Source: Lama glama (Eukaryota). From it: 64,000 nucleotides of DNA. The position numbers and the translations under genes were made by a program. How positions within the stretch are numbered: position 1 is the stretch's first letter; each line of letters begins with the position of its first letter. Positions 14,541-28,077 of this stretch are shown one piece after another. Under the pieces are notes generated by a model that saw nothing but the letters and a program-made list of their open reading frames with translations, was not told where the DNA came from and did no database searches. The DNA lies in assembly GCA_028534125.1 (NCBI GenBank), contig CM052816.1:81284001-81348000 (forward strand). Reading direction: 5' to 3'.

Positions 14541-14699
14541 TGGGACTTAGTATTTAGTGTTGAGATGTGTCATTTACTAAGAACTAAGGAAGGAAGAAGG
14601 AAAGTGTACACCACCCAGATGCTGAGTGACCCCCGTGTCTTAGTTATTTCAGTACATCACATTATGGGCTCTCTTTCAGCTTTCTCAATGGTAACATCT

Positions 14700-15030
14700 T
14701 ACGTACCACGGTACAGTTCTCAAAAGTAAGAAATTAACATTGGTACATTACTATTAGCTAAACTACAGTTTATTCACATTTTCCCAGCTTACTACTAAAT
14801 CATTTCTTCTGTTCTAGGATCCAGTCCAGGGAGCCATGTTGCACCCTTTGTCATGTCTCCTTAGTCTCCTCCAGTCTATGACGGTTCCTCCCTCTTTTCT
14901 TGTTTCTCTTGACTTTGACAGTGTTCAGGAGGACCATATTTTTATAGAATGTTCCTCAATTTGTGTCTGTTTGATGTCTTCTCAGGATTAGACAGAGGTT
15001 ATGGGGAAGAAAACAATAGAAATGAGGTGA
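14700..15030 (-). mobile_element. Old L1 3' UTR fragment (L1MC/MD-like)
   Basis: aagaaattaacattggtacattactattagctaaactacag...ttctaggatccagtccagg. Confidence 0.6.
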
Positions 15031-15496
15031 CATGTTTCCTTTTAACATAGATACAACTCAAGAACCTGACTGAGAACTGTCCTGTGATGCTCCGAGTAGG
15101 AGGGGATTTTGTGACATTTGGCGAAGAAGGAGACGTTTCATGAAACTGAGGCTAGGAACAAGAAAATCATGTTTTTCCCCAGTGGCGGGGAAACATGATT
15201 ACAAGTTAGCAAATTCAGAAGGCTGGGTTCAGTAAAAGATGATGATAGAATGACCTGTCAAACGAAACACCGTGCCCAGTAAAATCTTAAAGATCTGAGG
15301 CTTTCCTGAGATGTTAACGTTTCCTCCGACTGGCAGTTTAGGAAATCGGAACCTTTGTTACGGGTTGGTTTCTTCATCAGTAGGCAAGAATGCAGTCGTG
15401 CATGATTGTGTTTGAATTTTATTCCAAGACCAGTGGGAAGTTAATGAAGGATACTGGGCTGGAGACACATATTCCAAGTTGAGAGGACAGCATCTT

Positions 15497-15994
15497 TTTT
15501 CTTTTGGAGACTTAAAAATATTTTTTAATCTTATTTTTTATTGAAATGTCTATTTACAATGTTAGTTCCAGGTGTACAGTAAAGCAATTCAGTTATACAT
15601 ATACATACATACATATTTGTATTTCCAGTTTCTTTTCTGTTACAGCTTAGTACAAGAAATTGAATATAGTTCCCTGTGCTATACAGTAGGTTCTTGTTGT
15701 TTATCTATTTTATATATAGTAATGTGTATCTATTAATCCCAAACTCCTAATCTATCCCTCCCCCCCACTCTCCCCCTGCCCCATAACCACAGTTTGTTTT
15801 CTATGTCTGTGAGTCTATTTCTGGTTTGTAAATAAAGCTTGTATTTTCTGTTTGTTTTTCAGATTCCACGCATAAGCCACATCATATAATATTGTCTTCC
15901 TCTGTCCGACTTAGTTCACTTAACATGATAATCTCTAGGTCCACCCATGTGGCTGCAAATGGCATTATTTCATTCTTTTTTTATGGCTGAGTAA
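15497..15994 (-). mobile_element. 5'-truncated lineage-specific L1
   Basis: Antisense L1 3' UTR; TSD gagaggacagcatctt 15481-15496 / gagagaacagcatctt 15995-16010. Confidence 0.9.
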
Positions 15995-16489
15995 GAGAGA
16001 ACAGCATCTTGAAAGGCATGAAGGTGTGAGGGAGCACTTGGCACAGTCAGGGAATCAGACTGCCTGGAGGGAAAGGTAAACATAAAAGAACCATGAGAAA
16101 TACAGTTAGAAAGGAATCAGAGGTCAGAGCAGGAAGGGCCTTATATCTCATTTTAAGGCATTTTTGATCTGATAAATGATTCAGAAGTCAACAGTTGACT
16201 TCATTCTGGACCTTGGTTCCAAACCCAACCTATCTAATTATCTTTCAGGTTCAAGGCACTGATTTTAAGGAATCATCAGGCTAATGAGTAGGTGACATGC
16301 TACAAATTCATCATCTGCTCAACAACACTCTTTATCACTGAGTCGAGAGTGTTAGCTAAGTGCTATGAAGAACAACACATCACCACCATTAGGAGTGATT
16401 GTGCAGCTCAGACATCCTCACTCATCTCCTTACTTTAATTGTGTGGTCACCCTGTTCTCTTTTTCTTTAGATCTACCTGTTGTTTCGTT

Positions 16490-17020
16490 ACTGTCCACTA
16501 ACCTTTAAATGTTGGTTCTCTCTCAGGTCCTGTTCTCACTCTATGCTCTTTCTCTCTCCTGTCACTATCCTGAAAACTCCAAAATCTATACATCTGAATT
16601 GTCACTTGATCTTGGCTATATTCCCACTGTCCCTTGGCCTCTGACCTTTCCATGACACATGCACCTCAAACTCAGCACATCAGAAACAAAACCTCTTCTC
16701 TCCCACCAACAATCTGCTCCTCCATTTGTGTTCCTTTCTTTAGTTATTGGGACTATTATCCACCTAATCCCCTGAACTAGAAAACTTAGAATCATCTTTG
16801 ACTTTTCCTTTTTTGTTACTTGTTGTCCATAGAAATATCCCATGCACGTCTAGTCTGTTGCTAAATCCTGTCCATTTTTAAAGCAGTTTTCTCCCATTTG
16901 CCCCAAATACTTTACTTCATATCAGCCCAAACCAAAATTATATTCCATCTTCCTTGCTTAGGCATCCTCTGATTTATTCTCAGAAGCATCACTGGGGCTT
17001 TTTTAAATGTAAATAAGCAG
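16490..17020 (+). mobile_element. L2 fragment
   Basis: ctccaaaatctatacatct, cacctcaaactcagcacatc, ctagaaaacttagaatcatctttgact. Confidence 0.6.
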
Positions 17021-18074
17021 TGGGTTACCCGATGTGTAGAGCTACTGTTCCCTCACTGCCGTGGTGCTTGGGTGGGGGCTGGGTGAATGGAGCCCTTGGA
17101 CTGGTCACCCCCAGCTGTCAGCGATCCCATCTGTTTAAATCTCATCATTCTCTGTTGTCACTTCCTGGCTCAGTGCACACCCTCTCTGCCCCACCCTGCT
17201 GCACTCCAGGCCCTGCTGCATATAGACTGCGGTTACTGCCAGAGCAAAAGGAGAAGTAGGGCGTGAAAGAACTCCTACTCCAAGGGAGGGACTGCCTCCT
17301 TAAGACAAAGGAGATACCCCCTCCCGAGGGAGGGAAGGCTCAAACGTTGGGATACAGAAGCCTTCCAGGGTTCAGATATTCTTTTTTTTTAATTGATCTC
17401 GATTTTTCTTACCACTTTAATCTAATCCATTGCTTTTCAACTTTTTTTGTGTGTGTCATGGCGTAATCTAACCCATACAGCCTCCAGGCCATCACACCAA
17501 AGAGTGTGCCCTTACCCAGAAGCGCCAAGCTGTCATGACCTTGGACGCTTACTGTCTGTACCATTTCCTCTGGATGATGTGTTCTTACCATCAGTTAAGC
17601 CCCACAAACACACGGGTACCTACTACACACCAGGCTCAGGCACACTTTCCGCCCACCCAGCTGATCAGCCCTGTGTGGCCTTGCCCACGTGTCACCTCCT
17701 ACACAAGTCTTTACTTTGACTTTACCCAGGTAGATAGGATTTCCTCATTCTCTGTTCCCATGCAGTTTTTAATACATGAAACAAACCCTTGGTATTCATA
17801 AATTTAACATTCCTGGTTTAACCAGTTCAAAAGTTACTCCATAATGTGAGTCCATAAAGTGTCGTCATTTGTCATTTTGCCAAAGCACAAATGGGAACCA
17901 TCCTCCCTGAAGAGCTGGGGAATGAGAGTGAGCCACCTCCTCTTGGAGGCCTTTCCTGCTACTCTGTCCTGCTCAGGCTCGGGCTGGCGGCCCCTGAATC
18001 AGTGGGGATACTTCCCACTCTACGTGAGAATAGGAATAACAACGCTTAGTTACTTCACACAACAGAGTGTCTGA

Positions 18075-18700
18075 AGGGGGGTGGTTCCCGGGTTTCTCAG
18101 CTCCTCAACACTGTCAGGGCTCTGGGTCAGGATTTTTGCCAAGTCACTCGGCCATGTCCACATGGTGACAATATGACAACAGTGACTTCAAACAGCATGT
18201 CCTCACCTAATTCCACTCAAAGTGGGATGAAAGGACAGGGCTCCATTGCACTTTTTTTCAAGGAAGCAAAACTTCTTCCTGGAAGAGTCCTACACAGGCT
18301 TTCTCCTTCCCTTCACTGGCCGGAACTTGGTGGTGTGTCCAGCCATAAACCAAACACCAGAACAGGTGAAACAAGTAACCGGGCTTGATTTAGATTTAGT
18401 GGTCCTCAGGCTAGCAGCAACAGCATCACCTGGGAACCCGCTAGAAATCCAAATTCTGGGACTCACCTAGACTTACTGAATCAGAAACCTTGGGGATGAC
18501 ATCCAGGAGTCTGGATTTTGAAAGCCCTCGATGTGATTCCGATGCAGACCAAAATTTGAGAATCACTGGCTTAGGTCTAACATGGTTCATCCTTGAGCCT
18601 GGGGAAGGGTTCACCTACCCGAGCATCTTGCCTCCTCAAACAAAATCAGGGTTCTATGAACTAAGGCAGAAGAGAGGGATGCTGTTGGGTAGGCACCCCC
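18075..18700 (-). mobile_element. Old MaLR LTR (MLT1K-like), interrupted by MER5A
   Basis: cactggccggaacttggtggtgtgtcc, acaaaatcagggttctatg, gatgctgttgggtaggca. Confidence 0.5.
18397..18568. mobile_element. MER5A hAT-Charlie MITE
   Basis: cagcatcacctgggaacccgctagaaatccaaattct...tactgaatcagaaacct...tttgagaatcactg. Confidence 0.85.
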
Positions 18701-19354
18701 CTTCTCGTATTTCCATTTGAAGATCACTAATTACATTATTTATCCATCAGTTTTCTTGCCTGACTCCCCAGCCAGCTTCTTGAGAGTATGAACTTTGTCT
18801 TTTATTAGTGTTTCTATCCCTCGCACAAAAGAAGGCGCTCAATTCATGTTTGCTGGGCAAACTAATGGATACGAAAGTGGCCTCTCCTCCTAATTGCCCA
18901 TCCCCTTAACAGCTGCTTCCTGCTGCCTTCCACTCAAGGAACATTTTCACATCAGCTCATGTCAGTGAGCCAAAAGCAGTCCCTTCCAGGGGATCTGAGA
19001 ACAATTATTCCTTTGCACGTGGGTGCAAGTGGAAACTCTGGCTTTCTGAACGCATGTTGGGCCTTTATGACATTCATTTTTGTTTGGGGGTGTCCTCAGA
19101 GAGCACTGCCATATGATAGCACAGAACTGAATGTGTCAATTGTTCGGCTGAGTTCTGGCTGCCGACTCCTGGCTGGCAATCTTTCTCGGAGGCAGCTGTG
19201 TCCTCTGAGTTAAAAACGACCTGGAAATAAGCCTGTGAGCTTCATCCTCCACCAGAGCTGCACAGCAAGAGGCGATGGCAGAGCTGTGACATTCAGTTTG
19301 TTCTGCCCGGCAGTCACCTCAACAAGCCACTCTCCTAGGCTTTCTGAAGCCACT

Positions 19355-19920
19355 TGTATTAGGTAGGACCCTTTTGGTTGTACATGACAGAAACCCACAT
19401 GCGGAATGTTGAAAATAAAGGGGAAGGAGGAAGACTGCAGGCTCATACAACTACAAGTCTTGGGGTAGCATCAGTTTCAGGGCTTCCCCAAGACTTGCAG
19501 CATATGCTCCCACAAGGTCCTCAGAACCTTCCGTCTTCATCACACAACTGGGTGTCTTCTACTTGGCCTCTGGCTCAGGCAAGCTTTCACAGAACAAGCC
19601 AGGAGGCACTTCAGGCTCACATCCCCTCCATTCACACATGCAGCAGAAAGCAAGCCCCTCTTTCACAAAAGTGATAGCAAATATCCCGGGGTTGACCCTT
19701 CCCATCCTAACACAAGCCACCTGGACCTTCCATTAGGATCCCATGACCACTTGCTTAGGATGGTGTAAGTGCCCAGCCTGAGTCAGATGAGGGTCAGTCC
19801 CACTGACCGTATGGACAGGGGATGAGGAAAGATGCCTCCCACGGAAAATCCCAGGGCTGTTACCAGGGGAGTGGGCAATGGCTGCAGTGGAGACAAAATC
19901 CACACATGCCCCATCTACCA
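19355..19920 (-). mobile_element. Old MaLR LTR remnant
   Basis: gtattaggtaggacccttttggttgtacatgacagaaaccc start; ggaaaatcccagggctgttaccagg end region. Confidence 0.45.
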
Positions 19921-21631
19921 CTGCTCCGTGGGGTGAGTCTCCCAGTGACACTTCATGGAAAAGTCACCCACAGACGTGCAGAGCTGGGCCTCATTTTCTA
20001 AAACGAGGCAGGAAAAGAAGTGCCCACTAAAGACAAGGAGAGTGGACTCTTTCTCCTTCCCACTGGCTTGAAATAGCAGGGCTGGGAGGATGGTACCCAC
20101 AACCTCCCTCTCTGTCATTTAATCTCCGGAACACCTGCCCTGAACATTCAGCTCAGCCAACACCCCCCTCTCCCCATAACGTTTCTTGGCCTGCTTTACC
20201 GTCTTTTGTAATCACCAGTTAACATCTGCGATATTTTATATGTGGCAGGAAAGATTTTTTTTTCCTCCTTTACCCTTCTTCCTGGGGTTGAATACAAAAT
20301 AGATTAGAATAACAAAATGAGGCACACATGCTTCTTAATGGAATTACCTAAAGATCCCTTAAGCTGGGAAGTGTCAGTGGTTCCCTCTCTCCACTCCCAA
20401 GGGCAGGTCCATGTAGAGGCCTCTCCTGTTCTCTTCCCGGCACTCTCCTGGCCTAAAGCCCTGGATCCATGCAGAAAAGAACCGGATGAAGTTGAGGGGG
20501 TGAATTCAAACTGAGGGGGAGGGTAAAGGCGGTAAGGGAAGGCAGAGCCACGGTGGAGAGGTAGAGGAGATAAGAAATCCAAGGGGGTAGAAAGTAAAAG
20601 CAAGGATTTCTTTACCATCTTCTCGGGGACCAACACTTTTCTATCTGCAAGGAGACAGTGCAGCTAGATGCAGAGATACAGTCTTTAAATCAATGACAAA
20701 AATCAAGGGCTTGCCCCTCCTCCCATCTAGCTTTTACCAGCAAAGGAAGACCCGGCAATTTGGCTCAAACGATTTTAAATGAAGATTTTACATAACAGGG
20801 AGGAAAACCGGCAGGGAAGCTGGAAAAATGAAGCAGAGAAACCATCTCCAGAGCTCCAAGCCGCCCCCCGGGGGGCCCCCTAAAGGACATTCTTCCAGAC
20901 TCTGTGTCTGGGCTTCATCACTGGATCCATTTGTGGCATGGATCAGACAGCTACTTCCTTTCCAACATGGATAAACCGATGGGATCATGTGTTTATTTAG
21001 GTCAAAAACATTCAACTAGTACATTGCAAAGCACAATGCATCAGAAGAAGGGATGTTTTGCTGACTGTAAAATCTCCAGTGAATTCATTTCTCAAGTAAA
21101 TGTATTTCTTCTCCTGTACCAGACCTATAACCCTCCCCTACCTGTGTACATTATGAGTTCTTTTCGAGGAACTCATTGCCTTCATGGCAAGTAAGTGAAA
21201 ACTGACTTCTCTGTTTTGTGGTTTCTTCCTACGGGACCCTTCCTTTCTTCCTACAGACCCCTAAGACTCATTTCATTTTCTTCCTCCCTTCCTTACGGCT
21301 GCGACTTTCTCTGTCTTTTGTGTATGTCTTTGTCAGTGTTGTTTGTGGCCGACAAGAACCCTCTCTAGATAGTTTCTGCAGTAAGGGATTTATTGAAGGG
21401 TGTTAGGTAGTCCTATGCACCCTCCCCAGGGGGAAATCCTCCTGGGACTAAGGAATCACTCCTATAAGTAACTTCACTATTGCCACACAGGCCACTTGGC
21501 ATCTCTGACCAGGATTCTCTTTATAATCCCAGGGCTTACTTTTCACATCATAGACATCTTAGATTTGTCTATTACAATTTTCAGCAGATGGTGACTGATT
21601 CTAATATTTGTGTATACTAATGACAATTTTA

Positions 21632-21760
21632 AAGCATTTCTTCTTGAGGTATAACCGACATACAACACTATATGAGTTCCAGGAGTATATATGTATACAT
21701 ACATCACAAGTCTAGTTAACATCCATCCCCATACAGAGTTACAAAAAAAAATTTTAGTGC
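21632..21760 (-). mobile_element. Short 5'-truncated L1 3' end
   Basis: ttgaggtataaccgacatacaacac; perfect 16-bp TSD actaatgacaatttta at 21616-21631 and 21761-21776. Confidence 0.8.
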
Positions 21761-24349
21761 ACTAATGACAATTTTATTTTTACAAAAGGAATTAAAGTGT
21801 TTTAGCAGGAATCAGTATCTTTTTCTAATCAATACCAAGCTGCTATATGGGTGAGCAGTAACCATGCCCATGATAGCAGATATTGAACAACAGAAACCTC
21901 ACCACAGCTGTTCCAGAAGAACTAAAAATGTTCGCGATGGTGCTTTCCAAAACATGCAGTCTCCTCACCTCTCTGGCACCCTGAAGTGTCACCTGGGTGA
22001 GTTGTCTGAGGAGCCCTAGCTGCCAAGAAGTCTAGTAATCCTAGGCTTCTCCTGCCCCTGCATACAGGAGCATGTGGAATTTGTACTGTGAACCGTTCTA
22101 CCGGGCCATCTCTGAGTTTTGCCATCAAGCATATCATGTCTCCCCATTCTCCCATCTTTGCTGCCACTGAAAAACACCACACAGCCTCTGATCTTTAAAA
22201 GATTCTACTGATCCCAATGGTGAAACTCTGAGAAGCCATGCAAGAGGGAGAGATTTGGAGTCAGCAAAAACATCCCTTTTCATGGCGCATTATGCTTTGC
22301 AGTTTACTAGTTGAATGGTATAGGATATTTACAAAGCTACTGACATCTCAAAAAGCTTTCTCTGAATTCTTTCTTCAGTCTATAAAGAAATGCAAATGGA
22401 GCTTCTGTTCCAACTAGGTAATCTGAGCACACATGTTAATCTACCACTTCCCAAACCTGACACCTCATCTGAATGACAGTAAAGAGAGTGAAAGGGAGGC
22501 ATCCACAGCTAAGAGATTTCAGAGGCGTGAGAACGGAAGAAACTGCTGCCTTGAATGTACAGGGAAGGTCTGAGCCCCAGAGAGGCTCTGTGTCCAGCAG
22601 TCAGGCTGTCCCTAAACAGCAATGAGCACACAGCTGCTGGGTCTAACTGCCTTGCTACACTTCTTAGGCAGTGAGGGAACAAGCAGCCCAGTTACAGAGA
22701 GAGTCTATTCATTACTCATGGAGCGGCAGCAGCCATGTTCGCATGATGCCCACCTGCCCTCCAGTCTCAGGGGTGAAGCAGAGCTGGCCAGGGTGAATGC
22801 TGCCCACACAGAGATCCACATCACAGCTGAGGGAAACCCCAATTCTCTAAGGAAACCCCACCTGTGCCCTAGGGGAAGTCAGTGTCTTTATTACACTGCT
22901 CGGAAACAAAACTGTCCCCCAAACCAGACAGACTTTATCTCCAGTTTCCAAGGATGTTTGCTACACAGTCTTGGAAAGGCTGTCTGGACAAAAACGGTCA
23001 TAAAATGTGTAGAAATGCCATGGAGAATGTCCTCCCAGCATTCTTGAGAAATGACAGAGGCTGACGGAGAAGTGAGGAGGAGAATGAGTCAGCTGAAGGC
23101 CATGGGGGAATGTCTAACCATGGCTCCAGCCCCAGAGGTGGGCAGTGAGGCATCTGAAGCTGGTACCTTGATGCCCCCTCAAATTCCAGGGCCGATGCAG
23201 GGCATTTTCCCCGATGAGTTTTAGGGCTGCTTTGGGGGACCTACTGATGTTCCAGGATGTTATGGAATGAGGGTGAGCCATATAGGGATAAGTCAACAAG
23301 GGCCTGAGCAAAGGTTTAGGGACGACAGGCGTCACCAGGTTGCAACAACACTGGGTGAGGTGCTGGCTACTGTGGAAGAGAAGTTCTCAAAGCTCAGCCA
23401 GCCTAGCCCATGGGCACAGGGAGTGACCACTGCCCTGCAGGTGGCGACTCAGCTCACACTACTTTCCAGGCCCTTGAATAAAGCCCTTAAATGAAAAGCC
23501 CCTTCAGGTCCAGCTCTGTCTCAGGGGAACTTCCAAACCTCTCCCCCGATTCCTCTCCTACCCCAGAGATTTTCACCTTTTAGATTCAAGCTAGATAAAG
23601 TATGGAGGAACAAATTACGAAAACAGAATGTAAACCTTCCCAGCCTTGATGGGAAACGGGAAAGTAAAATTACAGGTGTCAGGAACTGAGAAGTGGAGCT
23701 TGGAGAGAAGAGTTTAAGGGAAAAGCAAGTGCTTTCGGGTTTTAATAAAGGGAGGTGTCAAGACGATATTGCTTAAAATCATTGGAACAAGAAAGAAGGA
23801 TTTAAGTCCATTACTGAATGTTAAAACAGTAACCACTAAAGGAACTGAAAATAACAGTATACCTCTACCAGAAGGGGCACGTGAGAGGGCTACATCCTTA
23901 TTATTCACAACAGGAAGTCAAGAGATAACGTCTGAAAGTTGATAAGCCAAGAAATAGCAGTGTAAGCATAGTATTTAGACACACAGAGATAATTACCTAA
24001 AAAACAGAAGCCAAGTAACTGCCTCTGGGTAGCAGAAAATATTCCTGGTCTAGGAGTCCAGTGTTACAGAATTTAATTTTTTTTTAAATCATGTGCCTAT
24101 ATTACTTTGTTTAATACGTTAAGCAATTTTTTAAAATATCAGTGGAATTGTACTTGTCTTCCCTCTTCTCCTATGTGGTTCTGCGAATAAAATGTTTCTT
24201 AAGCTTCTTTTCTTCTTCTTTTCTTCTTGGGAAGATTCATCAATCTTCTTCCCAGTTCCTCAAGAGCTGATTTTAAGAATGTTCAGTGTATAAGACATCT
24301 TTAAGTCTGAACTAAATGCCTGAGACCCAAATGAGGAATTTCCATAGTA

Positions 24350-24640
24350 TTTATTTATTTGCTTATATACATATTCATTCATTTATTCTTTCTTTCATTC
24401 AGTATGTATTCTGTGACTGGGTAATATGTGCTAGGTACTCCGGCTACAGTGGTGCGTTTCACAGATTAACAGACACTGCCTTCAAGGAGATGACACTTCA
24501 CTAGGAGAAAAGCCTGAGTAATTAATTATACATATATATTTACTGTGATAACTGATATGAAGTAAAAATAAAAGTAGAGGGAACCCTGAGAGCCAGGGGC
24601 AAGGGGAGATGCTGAATGAGAGAGGAATTCTAATTTGGAT
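24350..24640 (-). mobile_element. L2 3' end
   Basis: ttcattcagtatgtattctgtgact...tatgtgctaggtact...ctgccttcaaggagatgacac. Confidence 0.55.
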
Positions 24641-24744
24641 AAATTACTGTTTCTGTACTACAGGGGACTTACAGCTCAGCCTGATCTTAATTAAGACAAC
24701 TGTCTCAGGTACAACTCTATCAGTGAAGCACATCTTGTAACAGT

Positions 24745-26210
24745 GAAGCAGAATAGAGAGCCCAGAAATAAACCCACACATCTACCATCAGTTAATCTTT
24801 GACAAAGGAGGCAAGAATATACAATGGAGAAAACACAGTTTCTTCAACAAATGGTGTTGGGAAAGCTGGACAGCTGCATGTAAATCAATGAAACTAGAAC
24901 ACTCCCTCACACCACATACAAAAATAAACTCAAAATGACTTAACAACTTGAATGTAAGACATGACACCATAAAACTCCTAGAAGAGAACATAGGCAAAAC
25001 ATTCTCTTACATAAATCGTAGCCATGTTTTCTTAGATCAGCATCCTGAGGCAATAGAAATAAAAGCAAATATAAACAAATGGACTTAATCAAATGTATAA
25101 GCTTTTGCAGAGCAAAGGAAACTATAAACGAAATGAAAAGACAAGCTGCTGACTGGGAGAAAATATTTGCAAATGACGCGACCAACAAGAGATTAATTTC
25201 CAAAATATACGAACAGCTTAAGTAATAACAAAAAAAGCAAACAACCCAATCAAAAAATGGGCAGAAGACCTAAAGGGACATTTCTCCAAAGAAGGTTCAC
25301 AGAGGGCTAATAGGCACATGAAAAGATGTTCAACATTGCTAATTATCAGAGAAATGCAAATCAAAACTACAATGAGGTATCACCTCACACCAGTCAGAAT
25401 GGCTATGATTAAAGTCTACAAATAACAAATGCTGAAGAGGGCGTAGAGACAAGGACACCCTCCTACACCGTTGGTGGGAATGTAATTTGATGCGACCACT
25501 ATGGAAAACAGTATGGAGATTCCTGAAAAAACAAAAAACAGAGTTGCCATGTGATCCAGCAATCCCACTCCTGGGCATATATCCAGAGAAGACTCCAATT
25601 TGAAAAGACATGTTCACTCCCCAATGTTTATAGCAGCACTATTTACAATAGCCAAGACGTGGAAGCAATTTAAGTATCACTCAACAAATGAATGGATAAA
25701 GATGATGTAACAAGAGGTGGTATATACATATATACACACATACACATACAATGAAATACTACTCTGCCATGAAAAAGAATGAAATAATGCTATTTGCAGC
25801 AACATTCTAGAGATTATCATACTAATGAAGTAAGTCAGAAAGAGAAAGACAAATATCATATATCACTTACGTGTGGAATCTAAAATATAAGACAAATGAA
25901 CTTATTTATAAAACAAAATTAGACTCACAGACATAGAAAACACAGTCACCAAAAGGGAAAGGGGAGGAGGGAGGGATAAATTAGGAGTTTGAGATTAGCA
26001 GATACAAACTACTATATATGAAATAGATGAACAAGGTCCTATTGTATAACACACAGAACTATATGCAATATCTTATAATAACTTATAATGGAAAAAATAT
26101 GAAAAAGTATATGTATATGTATAACTGAACCACTTTGCTGTACCAGAAACTAACACAGTATTGTAAATCAACTATACATCAGTTGTTTTAAAAATTAAAA
26201 AAAGAAAAAA
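24745..26210 (+). mobile_element. L1 ORF2 C-terminal region + 3' UTR (artiodactyl-type, disrupted)
   Basis: gaatagagagcccagaaataaaccc...ggaggcaagaatatacaatggagaaaa...gatccagcaatcccactcctgggcatatatcc; A-rich tail. Confidence 0.95.
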
Positions 26211-26234
26211 GGATACTGTAAATAAATAAATAAA

Positions 26235-26480
26235 TAAGCATGTCATGGGGATGTAACATACAGCATGGGGCTTATAGTCAATAGCTTTGTACTGCAGATT
26301 TGAATGTTGCTGAGAAAATTAATTTTATAAGTTCTTATCACAAGAAAAAAATGTGTAACTCTGTATGGTAACTAGATTTACTGTGGTGACCATTTTGCAA
26401 TGTTCACAAATGTCAGATCATTAGTAAGTATGCCTGAAACTAATAGAATGTTATATATCAATTACATCTCAATTTTAAAA
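26235..26480 (+). mobile_element. Older L1 3' end (L1MA9-like)
   Basis: gtcatggggatgtaacatacagcatgg...ctgtggtgaccattttgcaat...cctgaaactaatagaatgtta. Confidence 0.75.
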
Positions 26481-27149
26481 ATTATTTTTATTTTAACATC
26501 ACATTAGTCTCATACATAAAATTTATCTTTTTTGTTACATTATTCTGAGTTTTTGTCATTTAAATTTGTGATTATCTGGAGTGTTTAGTAGTTAAGGAAT
26601 ATTCCCGGTTCTTGGGTTTCTATTTTTCGTGTTTGGTTTTGTTTTGTTTGGATGTTGTCCCTGAAAGTCAGAGAGAGCCTTGTTCCATGAGGGGAAAATC
26701 AAATTTAGGAGTGAGCTTATACAGAATGACTTCATGTAACTTTTGCCAAATAAATTATGGGGGGGAAGGAACTCCGTGTCTGAAAGGGCCTAATAGTGCC
26801 TGACACTTGAGAGAAATTCGTTTAATATGAATCCAAGGCATGAAAGACAGAAACCATGTTCTGTTCATGCTGGAAATCCAGGAGCCCTCAATACCCTCCT
26901 CGACTTCCCTTATTCAAGCATTGCCCAGGCCTACTGAGTTTACATGTTCACTCTCTCTTGTATCAGCCCTTCTCTGTCTTCAGTACTACCCCCCGCCCTA
27001 GTCACCATTACTTCCCACGTGGACTATGTGGTAGCCCACGGCCAGGGTTGCTATAGGCCTGATGTAAACAACTCCACCAGACTTACTGGGGAACAAATCC
27101 AAGAGATGACAAGGAAGGAGCTGGGGAGATACAGAGCAACCCATGAGTG

Positions 27150-27508
27150 TGTAAAAAACTAGTGAACAGAAATCTTAATTAAATTGAATCCAGAGACCAG
27201 AAGGGGGAGCTCTCATGCCCCACGCTGACAGCAGAGCCCAATAGGAAAAAGAAAGTCTTACTGTTCTTGCCTGGCAAGAGCTCGGCCAATGGGAGACTGT
27301 CACAACTCAGCCAATGAAAATCCTCTTTGTTTCCTATAGTCCTCCCAACTTCCTTTCCCCCTCTATAAAAGGGTTCTCCTCTCCATTTTTGCAGAGGTCT
27401 TGTACATGGCTCACCATGGTTGCAGACTCCCAATTGCCATAGTTTGCTGATCCCCCCAAAAAAACATTTTTACTGGAGAAATAACTGACAGTCTGTTTTA
27501 GGTCCACA
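27150..27508 (+). mobile_element. ERV1-class solo LTR (MER34/39-like)
   Basis: Three CCAAT boxes (27238, 27286, 27311), TATAAAA 27364-27370, ends ...ttttaggtccaca. Confidence 0.65.
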
Positions 27509-28044
27509 GATGCATTGCAACTATGAAATAAACTGTCTTCAGTATTAACCATGTTGCATGACTTCCTGCAATTACCTAGCATGAAGCTCGTCCAAGAAAG
27601 GGGCCATTTCACATCCAACACAGAAAGATGCGATCGCGGCACCTTGGAGAAAAAGAGCTCTAATGTTCTTCAATCTTCAGCATCAGGGGTCAGAGGGAAA
27701 ATAAAACCCAGAAAAGCATGGGGAGGAAAATAAAATCTGAGTTGGAAACTCGGAGCTTGGAACAACAGACATTTCAAGGAGCCCTACAATTTACAAAGTG
27801 TTGCAAAACACCAAAGCAGCTTGATTCACTGTTGCTCAGGCTCCCGTGCATAGATGGCATGTGCTCAGTTAATGCTCTGCGGCCACCACCTTGGAATTCT
27901 TAATAATTTTTAAACATAGGCCCTGTATTTTTATTTTGACGAGGCCTCACATATTAAGTACTGTGTCCTGGCCAGGGCCATTTACCGTAGGGAACCTGAA
28001 ATACAGAAGTTCTCAGGAGTCATTTCATGGTTTCAATTTAAGCA

Positions 28045-28077
28045 GGGAGTAGAGCTCAGGGTAGAACATTTGACTGT
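28045..28077 (+). pseudogene. tRNA-Cys(GCA) 5'-half tailless retropseudogene
   Basis: gggagtagagctcagggtagaacatttgactgt matches tRNA-Cys GGGGGTATAGCTCAG(G/T)GGTAGAGCATTTGACTGC up to the anticodon; flanked by aatttaagca / aacttaagta. Confidence 0.65.

Noticed and set aside
22622..23047. 141-aa ATG-initiated ORF with a hydrophobic start
   Set aside because: No domain, exon context or promoter support; length is compatible with chance in 64 kb
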